Shown: positions 18,822 to 28,703, counted from the stretch's first letter. The stretch: 57,746 nt of DNA from Spirochaetales bacterium (GCA_027314665.1 DAHVAK010000271.1:1-57746); one strand, 5' to 3'. A program made the numbers and translations. Notes: a model not told the origin generated them from the sequence alone.

Positions 18822-19799
18822 TCAGATTCCAGCCACCGGATGCGGGCGGTAGGGCTGCTCCAGGTAGGCGATCTGCTCGGAGCTCAGCGTGATCGCGGTT
18901 GCCGCGATTGCCTGTTCGAGGTGTTCGGGCTTGCTCGCGCCGATGATCGGACTCGTAACGTAGGGCTTGGAGAGCATCCACGCGAGGGCCACCTGCGCGC
19001 TGCTCTTGCCGATGGCCTTTCCCACCTCGATCGCGCGCTCGACGATCGCGAAATCCTCGGGCTGGTAGTAGAGACGGTGGGCAAACTCGTCGCTCTTGCT
19101 GCGCGTCGTCTGATCGCTCTTCGCGGCCGTGCGGTTGCCGGCGAGAAAGCCGCGCGCAAGCGGGCTCCACGGGATCACCCCGATGCCTCGATCCACGCAC
19201 AGCGGGATCATCTCGCGCTCCTCTTCGCGATAGACCAGGTTGTAGTGGTTCTGCATCGAAACGAAGAGCGACCATCCCCGGAGCTTGGAGGTGTAGAGGG
19301 CCTTGGCGAACTGCCAGGCATACATGCTCGAGGCGCCGATGTAGCGGGCCTTGCCCGCGCGAACGACGTCGTTTAGCGCCTCGAGGGTCTCCTCGATCGG
19401 AGTCGCGTCGTCCCAGCGGTGTATCTGGTACAGATCGACGTAGTCCATCTTGAGGCGTCGCAGCGAGGCATCGATCCCCGCCATGATGTGCTTGCGAGAG
19501 AGTCCCCTCGCGTTGGGATCGGGCCCCATTGGATTGTAGACCTTCGTTGCCACGACGATCTCATCGCGGCGGGCGAAGTCCGCCAATGCCCGACCGGTAA
19601 CCTCTTCGCTCTCGCCGAGAGAGTACATGTCGGCGGTGTCGAAAAAGTTGATCCCGGCCTCGATGGCCCGCTTGAAGAAGGGGCGGCTCTCTCGCTCGTC
19701 GAGAACCCAATCCCGCCATTTGGGCGTGCCGTAGGTCATGGTGCCGAGACACAGCCGCGAGACCTTCAGGCCCGTCGCCCCAAGTCGTACATAGTCCAT
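18822..19799 (-). CDS. aldo/keto reductase
   Basis: The ATG at 19799 is preceded by GGGAG. Blocks are MDYVRLGATGLKVSRLCLGTMTYG, INFFDTADMYSLGESE and DYVDLYQIHRWD. Confidence 0.9.
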   Translation of the reverse strand: MDYVRLGATGLKVSRLCLGTMTYGTPKWRDWVLDERESRPFFKRAIEAGINFFDTADMYSLGESEEVTGRALADFARRDEIVVATKVYNPMGPDPNARGLSRKHIMAGIDASLRRLKMDYVDLYQIHRWDDATPIEETLEALNDVVRAGKARYIGASSMYAWQFAKALYTSKLRGWSLFVSMQNHYNLVYREEEREMIPLCVDRGIGVIPWSPLARGFLAGNRTAAKSDQTTRSKSDEFAHRLYYQPEDFAIVERAIEVGKAIGKSSAQVALAWMLSKPYVTSPIIGASKPEHLEQAIAATAITLSSEQIAYLEQPYRPHPVAGI

Positions 19800-19956
19800 T
19801 GGTTGCTCCCTTGACCGCTCCCGATTCGGCAAATTGAGCGGTCGGCCTCACTGTATCACCGGGCAGGGAGGCGACAAAAGAGGTTTGACGCGCCCAGTTC
19901 GCTCGGCTATCATTGGTGCATTCCTTGGAGATACCGGCAACAAAGGGGGGCCGCCC

Positions 19957-20451
19957 ATGAAACTCTACGAACGTGTGTTGAATACCCTCGGGTGGATAGG
20001 GTTCATCGCCCTCGTGCCCGTCGGACTCGCGGTCTTTGGCATCCCCGGCCCGCTCAACTTCCTTCACGGCCTCCTCGGGAAGTTCGGCAGCGCCTCGTTC
20101 TTGGTCATCCTCTTCTACGGACTCATTCTCCTGCGGGTGCTGTTCGGCAAGAGCGAGATCTATGCGCCGGTGCTGATCGGGGCGGTGGTGAGCTTCTTTC
20201 TCATGTCGACGACCACCGAGATCGGATTCATGGACTGGTACCGCAAGCTGACCGATTCGATCGTGTATCTCGGAAACCATCGCTTCGTTTTTCTCGTCGC
20301 GATCGGTGTGGTCATCTTGGGGGTTCTCCTCGGCGGGCTGAAGAAGCTGCACTGGGTCATTCAGCTGATTTTTCTCGTCATCGTGCCGATTGCCCTCATC
20401 GTGCTCGCCCAGATCTACGGTTTTGCTCCGCTCGGCGCCCCTTCCGCCTGA
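19957..20451 (+). CDS. small integral membrane protein (about 5 TM), unknown function
   Basis: 164 aa from the ATG at 19957. It contains consecutive hydrophobic helices (WIGFIALVPVGLAVFGI, FLVILFYGLILLRVLF, VLIGAVVSFFLM, FVFLVAIGVVILGVLLGGL, VIQLIFLVIVPIALIVLAQI). Confidence 0.6.
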   Translation: MKLYERVLNTLGWIGFIALVPVGLAVFGIPGPLNFLHGLLGKFGSASFLVILFYGLILLRVLFGKSEIYAPVLIGAVVSFFLMSTTTEIGFMDWYRKLTDSIVYLGNHRFVFLVAIGVVILGVLLGGLKKLHWVIQLIFLVIVPIALIVLAQIYGFAPLGAPSA

Positions 20452-20469
20452 GCATCGCCGCGCTTTCGC

Positions 20470-20498
20470 TTGCATGTTTAGTCTGACCCGTCTATACT
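20470..20498 (+). promoter_or_regulatory. sigma70-like promoter upstream of nuoCD
   Basis: TTGCAT (20470-20475), a 17 nt spacer, then TATACT (20493-20498). It lies 40 nt upstream of the ATG at 20539. Confidence 0.5.
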
Positions 20499-20538
20499 GC
20501 TTGCAAAGGGAAACTATCCCAATCCACCTTTTGATCTG

Positions 20539-22260
20539 ATGGGCAGCGGTATGGATGTAGCCACAGGCATCATTGGCGAGCTTCAACAGCGATTCGGAAC
20601 GGCGGAGATCGTTCCGCAGACAACGTCGGACGGACTGCCCACCTGCTGGGTAGGCGCGGGGCGGCTCAAGGAGATTTTGAGCTACCTCAAGCTCGGTAGC
20701 CCGCGCGCCTACGGCACGCTGCACGATCTCTTCGCGGTCGACGAGCGAAAGCGCTCCAATCGCGAGGGTCTGCCGGCGGCGGATTTTTCGGTAGTCTATC
20801 ATCTCCTCTCCTACGATCGGGATGAGGACCTGCGCGTCAAGGTCGCGCTTAGCGGCGAAGCTCCCTCTCTTCCGTCGATTGTCGGGATCTGGCCCGCGGC
20901 CAACTGGTACGAGCGCGAGGCTTGGGACATGTTCGGGGTTACCTTCGACGGCCACCCGAATCTGCGCCGGATTCTCATGCCCACCTGGTGGAAGGGCCAC
21001 CCCCTGCGCAAGGAATCCCCCTCCCGCGCGACCGAGATGGCGCCCTTTCAGCTGCCGGAGGACACGGCGGCAGCGCAGGACGAGGAGGAGCGCTTCAAGC
21101 CCGAGGAGTGGGGATGGACTACCGAGGAGGGCGACTTCGAGCACATGGTCCTCAACGTGGGTCCCCAGCATCCCGGGACCCACGGGCTCCTCAGAGTCGT
21201 GTGCCGGCTCAACGGGCAGGAGATCGTGGATGTCGCCACCGACATCGGCTTTCATCATCGCGGAGCGGAGAAGATGGCCGAGCGCCAATCGTGGAACGCC
21301 TTCATCCCCTACACCGATCGCATCGACTATCTCGGCGGCGTGATGAACGAGCTTCCCTACCTTCTCGCCCTCGAGAAGCTCGCCGGGATCGAGGTTCCCG
21401 ATCGGGCAAAGGTCATCCGCATCATGCTCTCGGAGCTCTTTCGGGTGATAAGCCATCTCGTCTACTACGGAACCCTGGTCCAGGACGTCGGCGCCATCAC
21501 CCCTGTGTTCTTCACCTTCAACGACAGGGAGCGGGCGCTCGACATCGTGGAATCGATCGCGGGCGGGCGGATGCACCCCTCGTGGTTCCGTATCGGAGGC
21601 GTGGCCCAAGACCTCCCGCAGGGCTGGGACACGTTGATCGGGGATTTCCTGAAGTACATGCCGAAGCGCCTGGCGGAGTACGACAAGCTGGTCCTTCGCA
21701 GCGGGATCTTCAAGAAGCGCACCCAGGGTGTCGGCGATTTCACGATCGAGGAGGCCAAGGAGTGGGGCGCGACGGGTCCGATGCTCCGCTCGGCCGGGCT
21801 TGCGTGGGACTTGCGCAAGAAGCGTCCCTACGGAGGCTACGATCAGTTCGAGTTCGATGTTCCGGTGGGAGTGGCGGGCGATGTCTACGACCGCACGGTC
21901 GTGCATGTCGAGGAGATTCGCCAGAGCCTGCGCATCATCGAGCAGTGTCTGAAGGTCATGCCCTCCGGTCCCTACAAGGCGGACTACCCGCCGACCCCGC
22001 CCGGGGGGACTCCGCGCCGCGGACCTCGCGGGCCTTCCATGCCGGTAGGCGAGGCCTCGTTCACCGTCGAGACGATCAAGGGAAACACGACCTACTTCGT
22101 CATCAGCGAGGGCGGGCTAACCTCCTACCGCACGCGCATCCGAACCCCCTCCTTCGCCCACGTTCAGATGCTCCCGATCCTGAGCAGGGGCTTTACGATC
22201 GCCGATTTCGTGGCGATCATCGGGAGCCTCGACTACGTCCTTGCCGACATCGACCGATGA
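20539..22260 (+). CDS. nuoCD: fused NADH-quinone oxidoreductase subunit C/D (NuoCD)
   Basis: The NuoC part is [45 protein letters not shown]. The NuoD part includes [47 protein letters not shown] and the C-terminus [18 protein letters not shown]...[12 protein letters not shown]. Confidence 0.9.
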   Translation: MGSGMDVATGIIGELQQRFGTAEIVPQTTSDGLPTCWVGAGRLKEILSYLKLGSPRAYGTLHDLFAVDERKRSNREGLPAADFSVVYHLLSYDRDEDLRVKVALSGEAPSLPSIVGIWPAANWYEREAWDMFGVTFDGHPNLRRILMPTWWKGHPLRKESPSRATEMAPFQLPEDTAAAQDEEERFKPEEWGWTTEEGDFEHMVLNVGPQHPGTHGLLRVVCRLNGQEIVDVATDIGFHHRGAEKMAERQSWNAFIPYTDRIDYLGGVMNELPYLLALEKLAGIEVPDRAKVIRIMLSELFRVISHLVYYGTLVQDVGAITPVFFTFNDRERALDIVESIAGGRMHPSWFRIGGVAQDLPQGWDTLIGDFLKYMPKRLAEYDKLVLRSGIFKKRTQGVGDFTIEEAKEWGATGPMLRSAGLAWDLRKKRPYGGYDQFEFDVPVGVAGDVYDRTVVHVEEIRQSLRIIEQCLKVMPSGPYKADYPPTPPGGTPRRGPRGPSMPVGEASFTVETIKGNTTYFVISEGGLTSYRTRIRTPSFAHVQMLPILSRGFTIADFVAIIGSLDYVLADIDR

Positions 22261-22273
22261 GGAGGGATAACCG

Positions 22274-22702
22274 ATGTTCAGCGCGCTGAGAGCCATCTGG
22301 ATGGTTTTCCTCCACACCTTTCAGAAGCGGGTGACCGTTCAGTATCCCGATGAGATACGCAGGCTCGCGCCGCGCTCTCGGGGCCGGGTCATCCTGACCC
22401 GCAATCCGGACGGGCAGGAGCGCTGCACCGCCTGCAATCGCTGCGTGGTTGCCTGCCCGACCGGGTGCATCGCGATCCAGGGTGCAAAGCGCGAGGACGG
22501 CAGCCGCTATCCCGCCTCCTTCAAGATCGACTTCGCCCGCTGCATCTCGTGCGGGTACTGCGAAGAAATCTGCCCCACCTCGGCGATCCAGCTCGTTCCA
22601 GACGTCGAGCTTGCGGAGTTCCGACGTCCAAACATGACCTACGTGAAGGAGGACCTCCTCGTGAACGGGCCGGGCAAGTATGTGGGAATGAAGGTCGAGT
22701 GA
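22274..22702 (+). CDS. nuoI: NADH-quinone oxidoreductase subunit I (2x[4Fe-4S] ferredoxin-type)
   Basis: It contains YPDE...[27 protein letters not shown] and [18 protein letters not shown]. Confidence 0.9.
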   Translation: MFSALRAIWMVFLHTFQKRVTVQYPDEIRRLAPRSRGRVILTRNPDGQERCTACNRCVVACPTGCIAIQGAKREDGSRYPASFKIDFARCISCGYCEEICPTSAIQLVPDVELAEFRRPNMTYVKEDLLVNGPGKYVGMKVE

Positions 22703-22743
22703 GCAGCTAAGGCGAGGCGTTCAGGCCTTTCGCGGCGGGCGGT

Positions 22744-23913
22744 CTATGCCGTCGGATCGATGAAATCCAAGAACAGGAAGCTGTCTTTCGCAAGGGGATA
22801 GGAGTAGGTCTGGACCTTGTGGTCGGTCTCGAGGTCCTTGTAGGAGGCGGAGAGCGCCCCCCTTCGCTCAAAGGTCATCATGACCGTGTTCGAGAGGGAA
22901 TAGGGGCGCCAGCTCCAGTTCGATCCCCGATAGGAGGAGTCCCGCTCCCAGGATCCTCTCTGCGACCGCGTCCAGTTCGCGGAAAGCTGGGTTCCGTTTC
23001 GGTCGCAGATGTAGGCGCGGATGCACGAGGCAGGGGCCTGCGCGACGGCGCGAGCGAGGAAGGCGTCGGTCTCCTGGGCGCCCTCCAGGCTCGCCGCCTC
23101 GGGGAAATGGCCTCGCATCCTCTCGATGGCGGCGAAGAGTCCTTCGTAGGCGGTGAGGGTCTTGTTCCGCTGCTCCTCGATCAGAAGGTCGAGGCGAGCC
23201 TCATAGGCGTCCGCGGGAAGGAGCTCCCGGCGCGCCTCGGAGAAGAAGTAACCCTGCACGAGACGAGCGCCGAGCCGCATGCAGTAGCGCAGCTCCTCCT
23301 CCGTCTCGACGGCCTCCACGACGAGGGAGGCCCCGACCTGTTCGGCGAAGAGCGCGAAGCCGCGCATCAAGGCGTCCGATGCGCTCATCCCGATCCTGCC
23401 CGCCAGGCTCCTCAGATTCACCTTAATGAAGTTCGGGCGAAAGGTGGCGATCCAATCCAGGTGTCCGAAGCTTCCGCCCACGTCGTCCATGGCGATCTGG
23501 CAGCCCGACTTGCGGTATTGGTCCACGATTCCCGCCAGCTCACGCGCATCCTTTGGAAGAAGATCTCCGGCGATCTCGACGACGACCCGGCTCGGATCGA
23601 TGCGATGATCTTCGATCATCTCGATCGTGCGAAGGCTGTGGTGCTTCTTCCAGTAACGGTACATCCAGGCTGGGCGCACGTTGAGAAAGAGGAGGTCCGG
23701 ATCGCCGTGCGTCGCAAACTGGGCGAAGGCCATCTCGCGCAGGCGTCGGTCGACGCGCCGCTGCTCCTCGGCAGTCACTAGCGGGCTGACGAAGAAGCCG
23801 CCGAGGCTCTCGAAGGAGCCGCTTCGCTCCACTCGACCGAGGGATTCATAGCCGACAATGCGCCGCGTCTGCAGCGAGACCACCGGCTGAAAGAAGGGAA
23901 CGACTGAGCCCAT
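22744..23913 (-). CDS. EAL-domain c-di-GMP phosphodiesterase with a C-terminal sensor-like domain
   Basis: The start is taken at the ATG at 23913 (MGSVVPFFQPVVSLQTRRIVGYESLGR). EAL blocks are IAMDDVGGSFGHLD, IKVNLRS, VVEAVETEEE and QGYFFSEA. The last ~130 aa (..YICDRNGTQLSANW..GSNWSWRPYS..) looks PAS/Cache-like. Confidence 0.8.
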   Translation of the reverse strand: MGSVVPFFQPVVSLQTRRIVGYESLGRVERSGSFESLGGFFVSPLVTAEEQRRVDRRLREMAFAQFATHGDPDLLFLNVRPAWMYRYWKKHHSLRTIEMIEDHRIDPSRVVVEIAGDLLPKDARELAGIVDQYRKSGCQIAMDDVGGSFGHLDWIATFRPNFIKVNLRSLAGRIGMSASDALMRGFALFAEQVGASLVVEAVETEEELRYCMRLGARLVQGYFFSEARRELLPADAYEARLDLLIEEQRNKTLTAYEGLFAAIERMRGHFPEAASLEGAQETDAFLARAVAQAPASCIRAYICDRNGTQLSANWTRSQRGSWERDSSYRGSNWSWRPYSLSNTVMMTFERRGALSASYKDLETDHKVQTYSYPLAKDSFLFLDFIDPTA

Positions 23914-24031
23914 GTCGAGCTCGGGAAGCTCACTCAACACCTCGGGGCTCCCGCCTGCTGAACGGGCAGGGTGGCGCTCCCAAGGCTCAGGAGCGAACGA
24001 GCAAAGATGCGGCAGATGTCCGCCAACTTTT

Positions 24032-25954
24032 TCACCCAGCGCCTCCCGATCCCGTGGATCGAATCCTTTTCTTCGCGCCAAGTATCGAATGAGGCAGAGG
24101 CGTTGTCAATTCGCGCCGTTCGACGACGATCATGTGAACCTCCCGCATCTCAGCGTGGCGGTACCTGAGAAGCTGCCCGTCGAGAACCCAGCTTCCGTCC
24201 GAGACCGAGATGCGGGCCCCGCTCGGGTAGCGGTCAAGGGGGATGAAGATTTCCGTCTCGACGGCGAGGCGCGGATCGTGGCGGAAGACGAAGATGAATC
24301 GCCCGTTGTTTCGATCGAAACGCATCGAGAGCGGCTCGCCGGCGGTCGCCCGGGCGTAGGGTCGAACTACCGCCTCGAGGCCCCGCCCCCCCGAATCGCG
24401 ACTGAAGATCGAGAAGTCCTCGCCGTTCCAGTGGTCGCCGCGGAGGTTGTCGTTGTCAGAAGTGTAGTTCCACCAGGTGCACGAAAGCAGCCGTGCTTCC
24501 ACCCCGCGCATGATGCGATCGACCGCGGACAGCTGATCCGTGAAATCCCCGCTGCGATAGGCCCGGCCCTCGTCCAGATCGAAGGGGATCCCGGTTTCCC
24601 CCAGGATGACGGGGGCGCCGTCCAGTCGCTCCTTCGCGTCATGCTGAAGCTGCGCCATCTGCCCCTCCACATCGCGGCGGACAGCCCCTCGCCCGAAGAC
24701 GAACCGACGGCGCAGGGGATTGTAGGCTATGCGGGGATAGAAGCGCCTGCGGACGATCGTGAGGGGATCGTACCAGTGGGGGGCGTACGCAAGGCGATCG
24801 ATTTCCTTCGAGTCCCACCTCGGAGGTAGGTGCCCAACGATGGGCTCGACGAAGATGAGGGCTTTCGGGTTTGCGGCGCGAATGGCGCGGGCGTAGCGCT
24901 CGACGAAGGGCCGGTAGCAGTCTCGATCAAAATCGAGGGCGCGTCCGGCGGCGGTGGCAAAGTAGTCGCTTCGCAGCAGTCGAGGCGCTCCTCCGGGCCC
25001 GATCTCCCAGACCCCCTGGCGCCGCCAGATGCATTCGCGATCATCCTTCCAGAGGCGGGCGCCCTCGGCGTTGACCGTCCGCCGCCCAACCATCCGTGCT
25101 CCGGCAAGGCCCATTTCATAGACGGGAACCGTCTGAGAAAAACCGGAGGCAAGCAGCATCGACTGGTAGGGACTCGGGCTGTCGCCCATCTTGAGACTTC
25201 CCTCAAGCCGCCGGAGGTCGCCGAGGCCGGCGTATCCGTGAAGCGGCTCGTTCATCACGTCGAAACCGACCACATTGCCGCAGCCGCGCAGCCGAGAAGC
25301 GATCTGAGCGACCGCCGCGAAGTAATGACGCTGCAAGAACCTCTGGGCGGGCTCGCCGTCGATCAGCAGGCTTGGCGCGAAAAGGTCTCCGGCAAAAAAA
25401 AGGGTGAACATGGTGGAGGCACCGAACCTCGCGCCGTTCGTCGGCCAGAGCAGGTGCGGGAAGGTCCCGTTGTAGTACTGATGGAGGACCGCGGAGCCGG
25501 TCTGGTGCACCCGGGCCGGATCGATTCCGACGGCCTCGAGGGTCCAGCCTGGCGCACCGTCCCCTCCGAAAAAGCGCGACCAGACGTCCTGATGGGGATC
25601 GATGAGGAGCGAGATCCCGTGCTCGCCTGCCTTGCGGGCCACGGCCTCGAGATAGTCGAGGTAGGCAGAGTCATACAGCCCGGGTCCGGCGTGCTCGACC
25701 CCCTCCCAGGTGACAAGAAAGCGGAGGAAGGTAAAGCCCCAGGAGCGTAGCCGCGAGAAGTGCTCGTCGGCCTCGGAAAGGGGGAAGGGGCGTCCCACGA
25801 AGGAGGGAGAGCGGTGCTCCAGGAAGCCCTCGCTGAGATGGGTGGCCCCGTCGGGATGGAGGGGAAGCTTGCTCGAGCCGCCCAGATTTACCCCGCGAAG
25901 GAGCAGCGTGCGACCATGCTCGTCTACGAACCGCGGCCCCTCGATCTCGATCAT
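24032..25954 (-). CDS. glycoside hydrolase family 5 protein (glucosylceramidase/beta-glucosidase-like subgroup)
   Basis: 640 aa with no signal peptide. GH5 blocks are LLLRGVNLGG, LRSWGFTFLRFLVTWEGVEH, ISLLIDPHQDVWSR and GFDVMNEPLHG (the NEP acid/base motif). Confidence 0.75.
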   Translation of the reverse strand: MIEIEGPRFVDEHGRTLLLRGVNLGGSSKLPLHPDGATHLSEGFLEHRSPSFVGRPFPLSEADEHFSRLRSWGFTFLRFLVTWEGVEHAGPGLYDSAYLDYLEAVARKAGEHGISLLIDPHQDVWSRFFGGDGAPGWTLEAVGIDPARVHQTGSAVLHQYYNGTFPHLLWPTNGARFGASTMFTLFFAGDLFAPSLLIDGEPAQRFLQRHYFAAVAQIASRLRGCGNVVGFDVMNEPLHGYAGLGDLRRLEGSLKMGDSPSPYQSMLLASGFSQTVPVYEMGLAGARMVGRRTVNAEGARLWKDDRECIWRRQGVWEIGPGGAPRLLRSDYFATAAGRALDFDRDCYRPFVERYARAIRAANPKALIFVEPIVGHLPPRWDSKEIDRLAYAPHWYDPLTIVRRRFYPRIAYNPLRRRFVFGRGAVRRDVEGQMAQLQHDAKERLDGAPVILGETGIPFDLDEGRAYRSGDFTDQLSAVDRIMRGVEARLLSCTWWNYTSDNDNLRGDHWNGEDFSIFSRDSGGRGLEAVVRPYARATAGEPLSMRFDRNNGRFIFVFRHDPRLAVETEIFIPLDRYPSGARISVSDGSWVLDGQLLRYRHAEMREVHMIVVERRELTTPLPHSILGAKKRIRSTGSGGAG

Positions 25955-26102
25955 CTCCCCCCTTTCGCCTTCCTGCGATGGGTTGAACTGTGGCAGGTTT
26001 GGTCGAAAGGGGCAAGCGACTCCGCCGCAGTTGACACGTGCCGCGAGACATTGGTAGGATGGTCAATAAACCAATATACTCTGCACTGGAAGGAGATCTC
26101 GC

Positions 26103-27188
26103 GTGAGCAAGGAAGCTTCTCGAAGCCTGATCCGTCATTTCTCGCCCGCGTGGTACGCCTCGGTCATGGGGACCGGGGGGCTGGCCAACGTGCTCTATCT
26201 CTTCAGCGGCCACGCCGCTTTTTTGCGTCCGGCGGCCTTCGTCCTGTGGTGGCTCAACTGCGCCCTGTTTCTCCTCTTCATCGGACCATGGATCGCACGG
26301 TGGTTTCTCCATCTGGACAAGCTCACCGAGGATCTCACGCACCCGATGCTCTCGAACTTCTTCGTCACGATGCCGGTCGGAGCCTTGATCCTCGGCACCA
26401 ATTTCTTCCTGATGGGGAGAGGCCTCTTCCCGATGCCCTTCATTGCCGGGCTTGGGGCGGTGCTTTGGGGCTTTGCAGCCGTTGCCATCCTCTTTTTCGG
26501 CGTCGTAGTGATCTACAACATGCTGGTCCGGGAAAGCGTTGCCGTTGAGTCCGTCAACTTCTCCTGGTTCATAACTCCAGTGGCCAGCATCGTGGTTCCC
26601 CTGCTCGGCGACCCTCTGGTGAGCCACTTTGCGCAGCACAACCTCCAAGCGGCGAAGCTTATCAACCTGATCGACATCAGCTTCTACGGTACCGGCATGA
26701 TCCTCTTCCTCATCATCGCAAGCATCGTCTTCAATCGGTTGATCAATCATCAGATGCCCCACCCGATGATGGCGCCGACCTTCTGGATCATTCTCGGACC
26801 CATCGGGGTCGGAACCATAAGCCTGATGGGCATCGCCGATGTTTCGAAGCAGATCGGCCTCATCGAATCGACGAGCGGAATCTATCTGCTCTCCCTCGTG
26901 CTGTGGGGATTCGGGATATTCGCCTTCCTGCTCACGCTGATGGTCAACGGACGCTATCTCCGTGAGGCCGGCGTCCCCTTCTCACTCTCCTGGTGGGCCT
27001 TCATCTTCCCCCTCGCGGCCTACGCGATGTCCTCCTTCAGCGTGGCGGCCTATCTGGGGCTGCCGGTCGTGCTGTGGTACGCGGGCATCTTAACCCTGCT
27101 CCTCGCGGTCCTCTGGGTGGTTGTGTTTCTGCGCTCCCTCGTTGCGACCCTCAGGGGCGAGCTGCTCCTCCCGCGCGCGAAGGGATAG
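26103..27188 (+). CDS. TDT family (TehA/Mae1-type) C4-dicarboxylate/anion transporter
   Basis: GTG start. It contains FSPAWYASVMGTGGLANVL and about 10 TM helices throughout. Confidence 0.8.
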   Translation: MSKEASRSLIRHFSPAWYASVMGTGGLANVLYLFSGHAAFLRPAAFVLWWLNCALFLLFIGPWIARWFLHLDKLTEDLTHPMLSNFFVTMPVGALILGTNFFLMGRGLFPMPFIAGLGAVLWGFAAVAILFFGVVVIYNMLVRESVAVESVNFSWFITPVASIVVPLLGDPLVSHFAQHNLQAAKLINLIDISFYGTGMILFLIIASIVFNRLINHQMPHPMMAPTFWIILGPIGVGTISLMGIADVSKQIGLIESTSGIYLLSLVLWGFGIFAFLLTLMVNGRYLREAGVPFSLSWWAFIFPLAAYAMSSFSVAAYLGLPVVLWYAGILTLLLAVLWVVVFLRSLVATLRGELLLPRAKG

Positions 27189-27311
27189 CTGACGGGATCG
27201 AGATGCGGAGGAGGCGAGCCGCCCGGATGCAGTCACGGACGGGGGCTGCCTAAAAAAGGGCCACCGCGAGAGCTCCTGCGCCGGCGGCCGGAATAGGGTA
27301 TAATCGCCGGC

Positions 27312-28217
27312 ATGGAAAGCTACGACGTCATCTCGCCCGCCTTTCGTTCTCTCGTTCTGTCCAATGTCCAGGTGGAGACCCTCTTCACCGGAACTCGATG
27401 GGGGGAGGGGCCGGTATGGTTCGGCGACGCCGGCTGTCTCGTGTGGAGCGACATCCCGAACAATCGGATGCTCCGCTGGGTCGAAGGGGTCGGCGTCTCG
27501 ATCTTCCGCCAGCCCTCCAACAACGCCAACGGCAACACCCGGGATCTGCAGGGGCGGCTGATCACCTGCGAGCACGGGGGACGCCGCGTGACCCGCACGG
27601 AGTACGACGGGCGGATCACGGTGATCGCCGACTCCTACAAGGGCAAGCGACTCAATTCCCCGAATGACGTCGTCGTGAAGTCCGACGGGACGATCTGGTT
27701 TACCGATCCTCCCTACGGAATACTCACCGACTACGAGGGGAACCGCGGCGACAGCGAGCTCGGCGTCAACTACGTCTTCCGATTCGATCCGCGCACCGGC
27801 GAGCTGACGCCCGTCGCCGACGACTTCACCAAGCCGAACGGGCTCGCCTTCTCCCCGGATGAGTCTATCCTCTACGTCTCCGACACGGCCCTGTCGCACG
27901 ATCCGAAGGGAGCCCACCACATTCGCACGCTCAGCGTGAAGGATGGGGAGCGGCTGGCAGGGGGCAAGGTCTTTGTCGAGGTGGTCCCGGGGATGTCGGA
28001 CGGCTTCCGCCTAGACGAGCACGGCAACGTGTGGACGAGCGCGGGCGACGGGGTGCACTGCTACTCGCCGCACGGCGAGCTCCTCGGCAAGATCAAGATT
28101 CCGGAGGTCGTTTCGAACGTCACCTTCGGCGGACCGCGGAAGAATCGCCTCTTTATCGCCGGTGCCACGAGCCTCTACGCAATCTACGTCGCCTGTCGCG
28201 GGGTTCAAGCCCCCTAG
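27312..28217 (+). CDS. SMP-30/gluconolactonase/LRE-like beta-propeller protein
   Basis: It contains EGPVWFGDAGCLVWSDIPNNRMLRW, NGNTRDLQGRLITCEHG, NSPNDVVVKSDGTIWFTDP and PNGLAFSPDESILYVSD. TATAAT at 27299-27304 ends 7 nt before the ATG. Confidence 0.85.
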   Translation: MESYDVISPAFRSLVLSNVQVETLFTGTRWGEGPVWFGDAGCLVWSDIPNNRMLRWVEGVGVSIFRQPSNNANGNTRDLQGRLITCEHGGRRVTRTEYDGRITVIADSYKGKRLNSPNDVVVKSDGTIWFTDPPYGILTDYEGNRGDSELGVNYVFRFDPRTGELTPVADDFTKPNGLAFSPDESILYVSDTALSHDPKGAHHIRTLSVKDGERLAGGKVFVEVVPGMSDGFRLDEHGNVWTSAGDGVHCYSPHGELLGKIKIPEVVSNVTFGGPRKNRLFIAGATSLYAIYVACRGVQAP

Positions 28218-28257
28218 GGCGGGCCCGAGCATCCCTTGAGCCTTTCTCACGTTCGAC

Positions 28258-28284
28258 TTGACAGGAGGTCTATGAGGTTATAAT
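28258..28284 (+). promoter_or_regulatory. consensus-hexamer promoter in a local AT-rich tract
   Basis: TTGACA (28258-28263), a 15 nt spacer, then TATAAT (28279-28284). An AT-rich leader follows, with AAGAGG before the ATG at 28341. Confidence 0.5.
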
Positions 28285-28340
28285 CTTATTGATGTATTTG
28301 ATGATGTTTGCGTTTTTAGAGGAAATGGCGGAAAAGAGGC

Positions 28341-28703
28341 ATGAACTATTACGGGCCGCGTGAAGTGGACGGAAGGGACGGCCGGGGAAGCGGGCGGTAT
28401 CACTTTACCTCCAAGAACGACTATCGAACCGAACCCGTGGGCTACTGCGCCGAGGGCTGCGCAGGCCACGAGACTGCCCATGAGGCTCGCGAGCACTTCC
28501 GACAGTACCTCGTCAACGAGCGCGTGGATTTTCGGGTGAACCACATGAAGCGTCCCGAGCGCTGCAAAATCTGCGCCGAGTGGACCTTGAGCTACGCGCG
28601 GGTCGAGGCCTGGGATTACTACCCCCTTTGCCAAGAGCACCTCACGCGAGAATCCGTCCTCACCCTGCTCGGGGAGATTCCCGACTTCGTCGCAGCCTGG
28701 TAG
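28341..28703 (+). CDS. hypothetical Cys/His-rich small protein (120 aa)
   Basis: It has an RBS and its own promoter. Cys pairs are CAEGCAGH, CKIC and PLCQEH, suggesting a zinc-binding fold. I recognise no family. Confidence 0.55.
   Translation: MNYYGPREVDGRDGRGSGRYHFTSKNDYRTEPVGYCAEGCAGHETAHEAREHFRQYLVNERVDFRVNHMKRPERCKICAEWTLSYARVEAWDYYPLCQEHLTRESVLTLLGEIPDFVAAW

Noticed and set aside
20539-22260. NuoCD as a [NiFe]-hydrogenase (Ech/Hyc-type) large subunit.
   Set aside because: No N-terminal RxCGxC or C-terminal DPCxxC nickel-binding motifs are present. The C-terminus is the NuoD-type ..[12 protein letters not shown].
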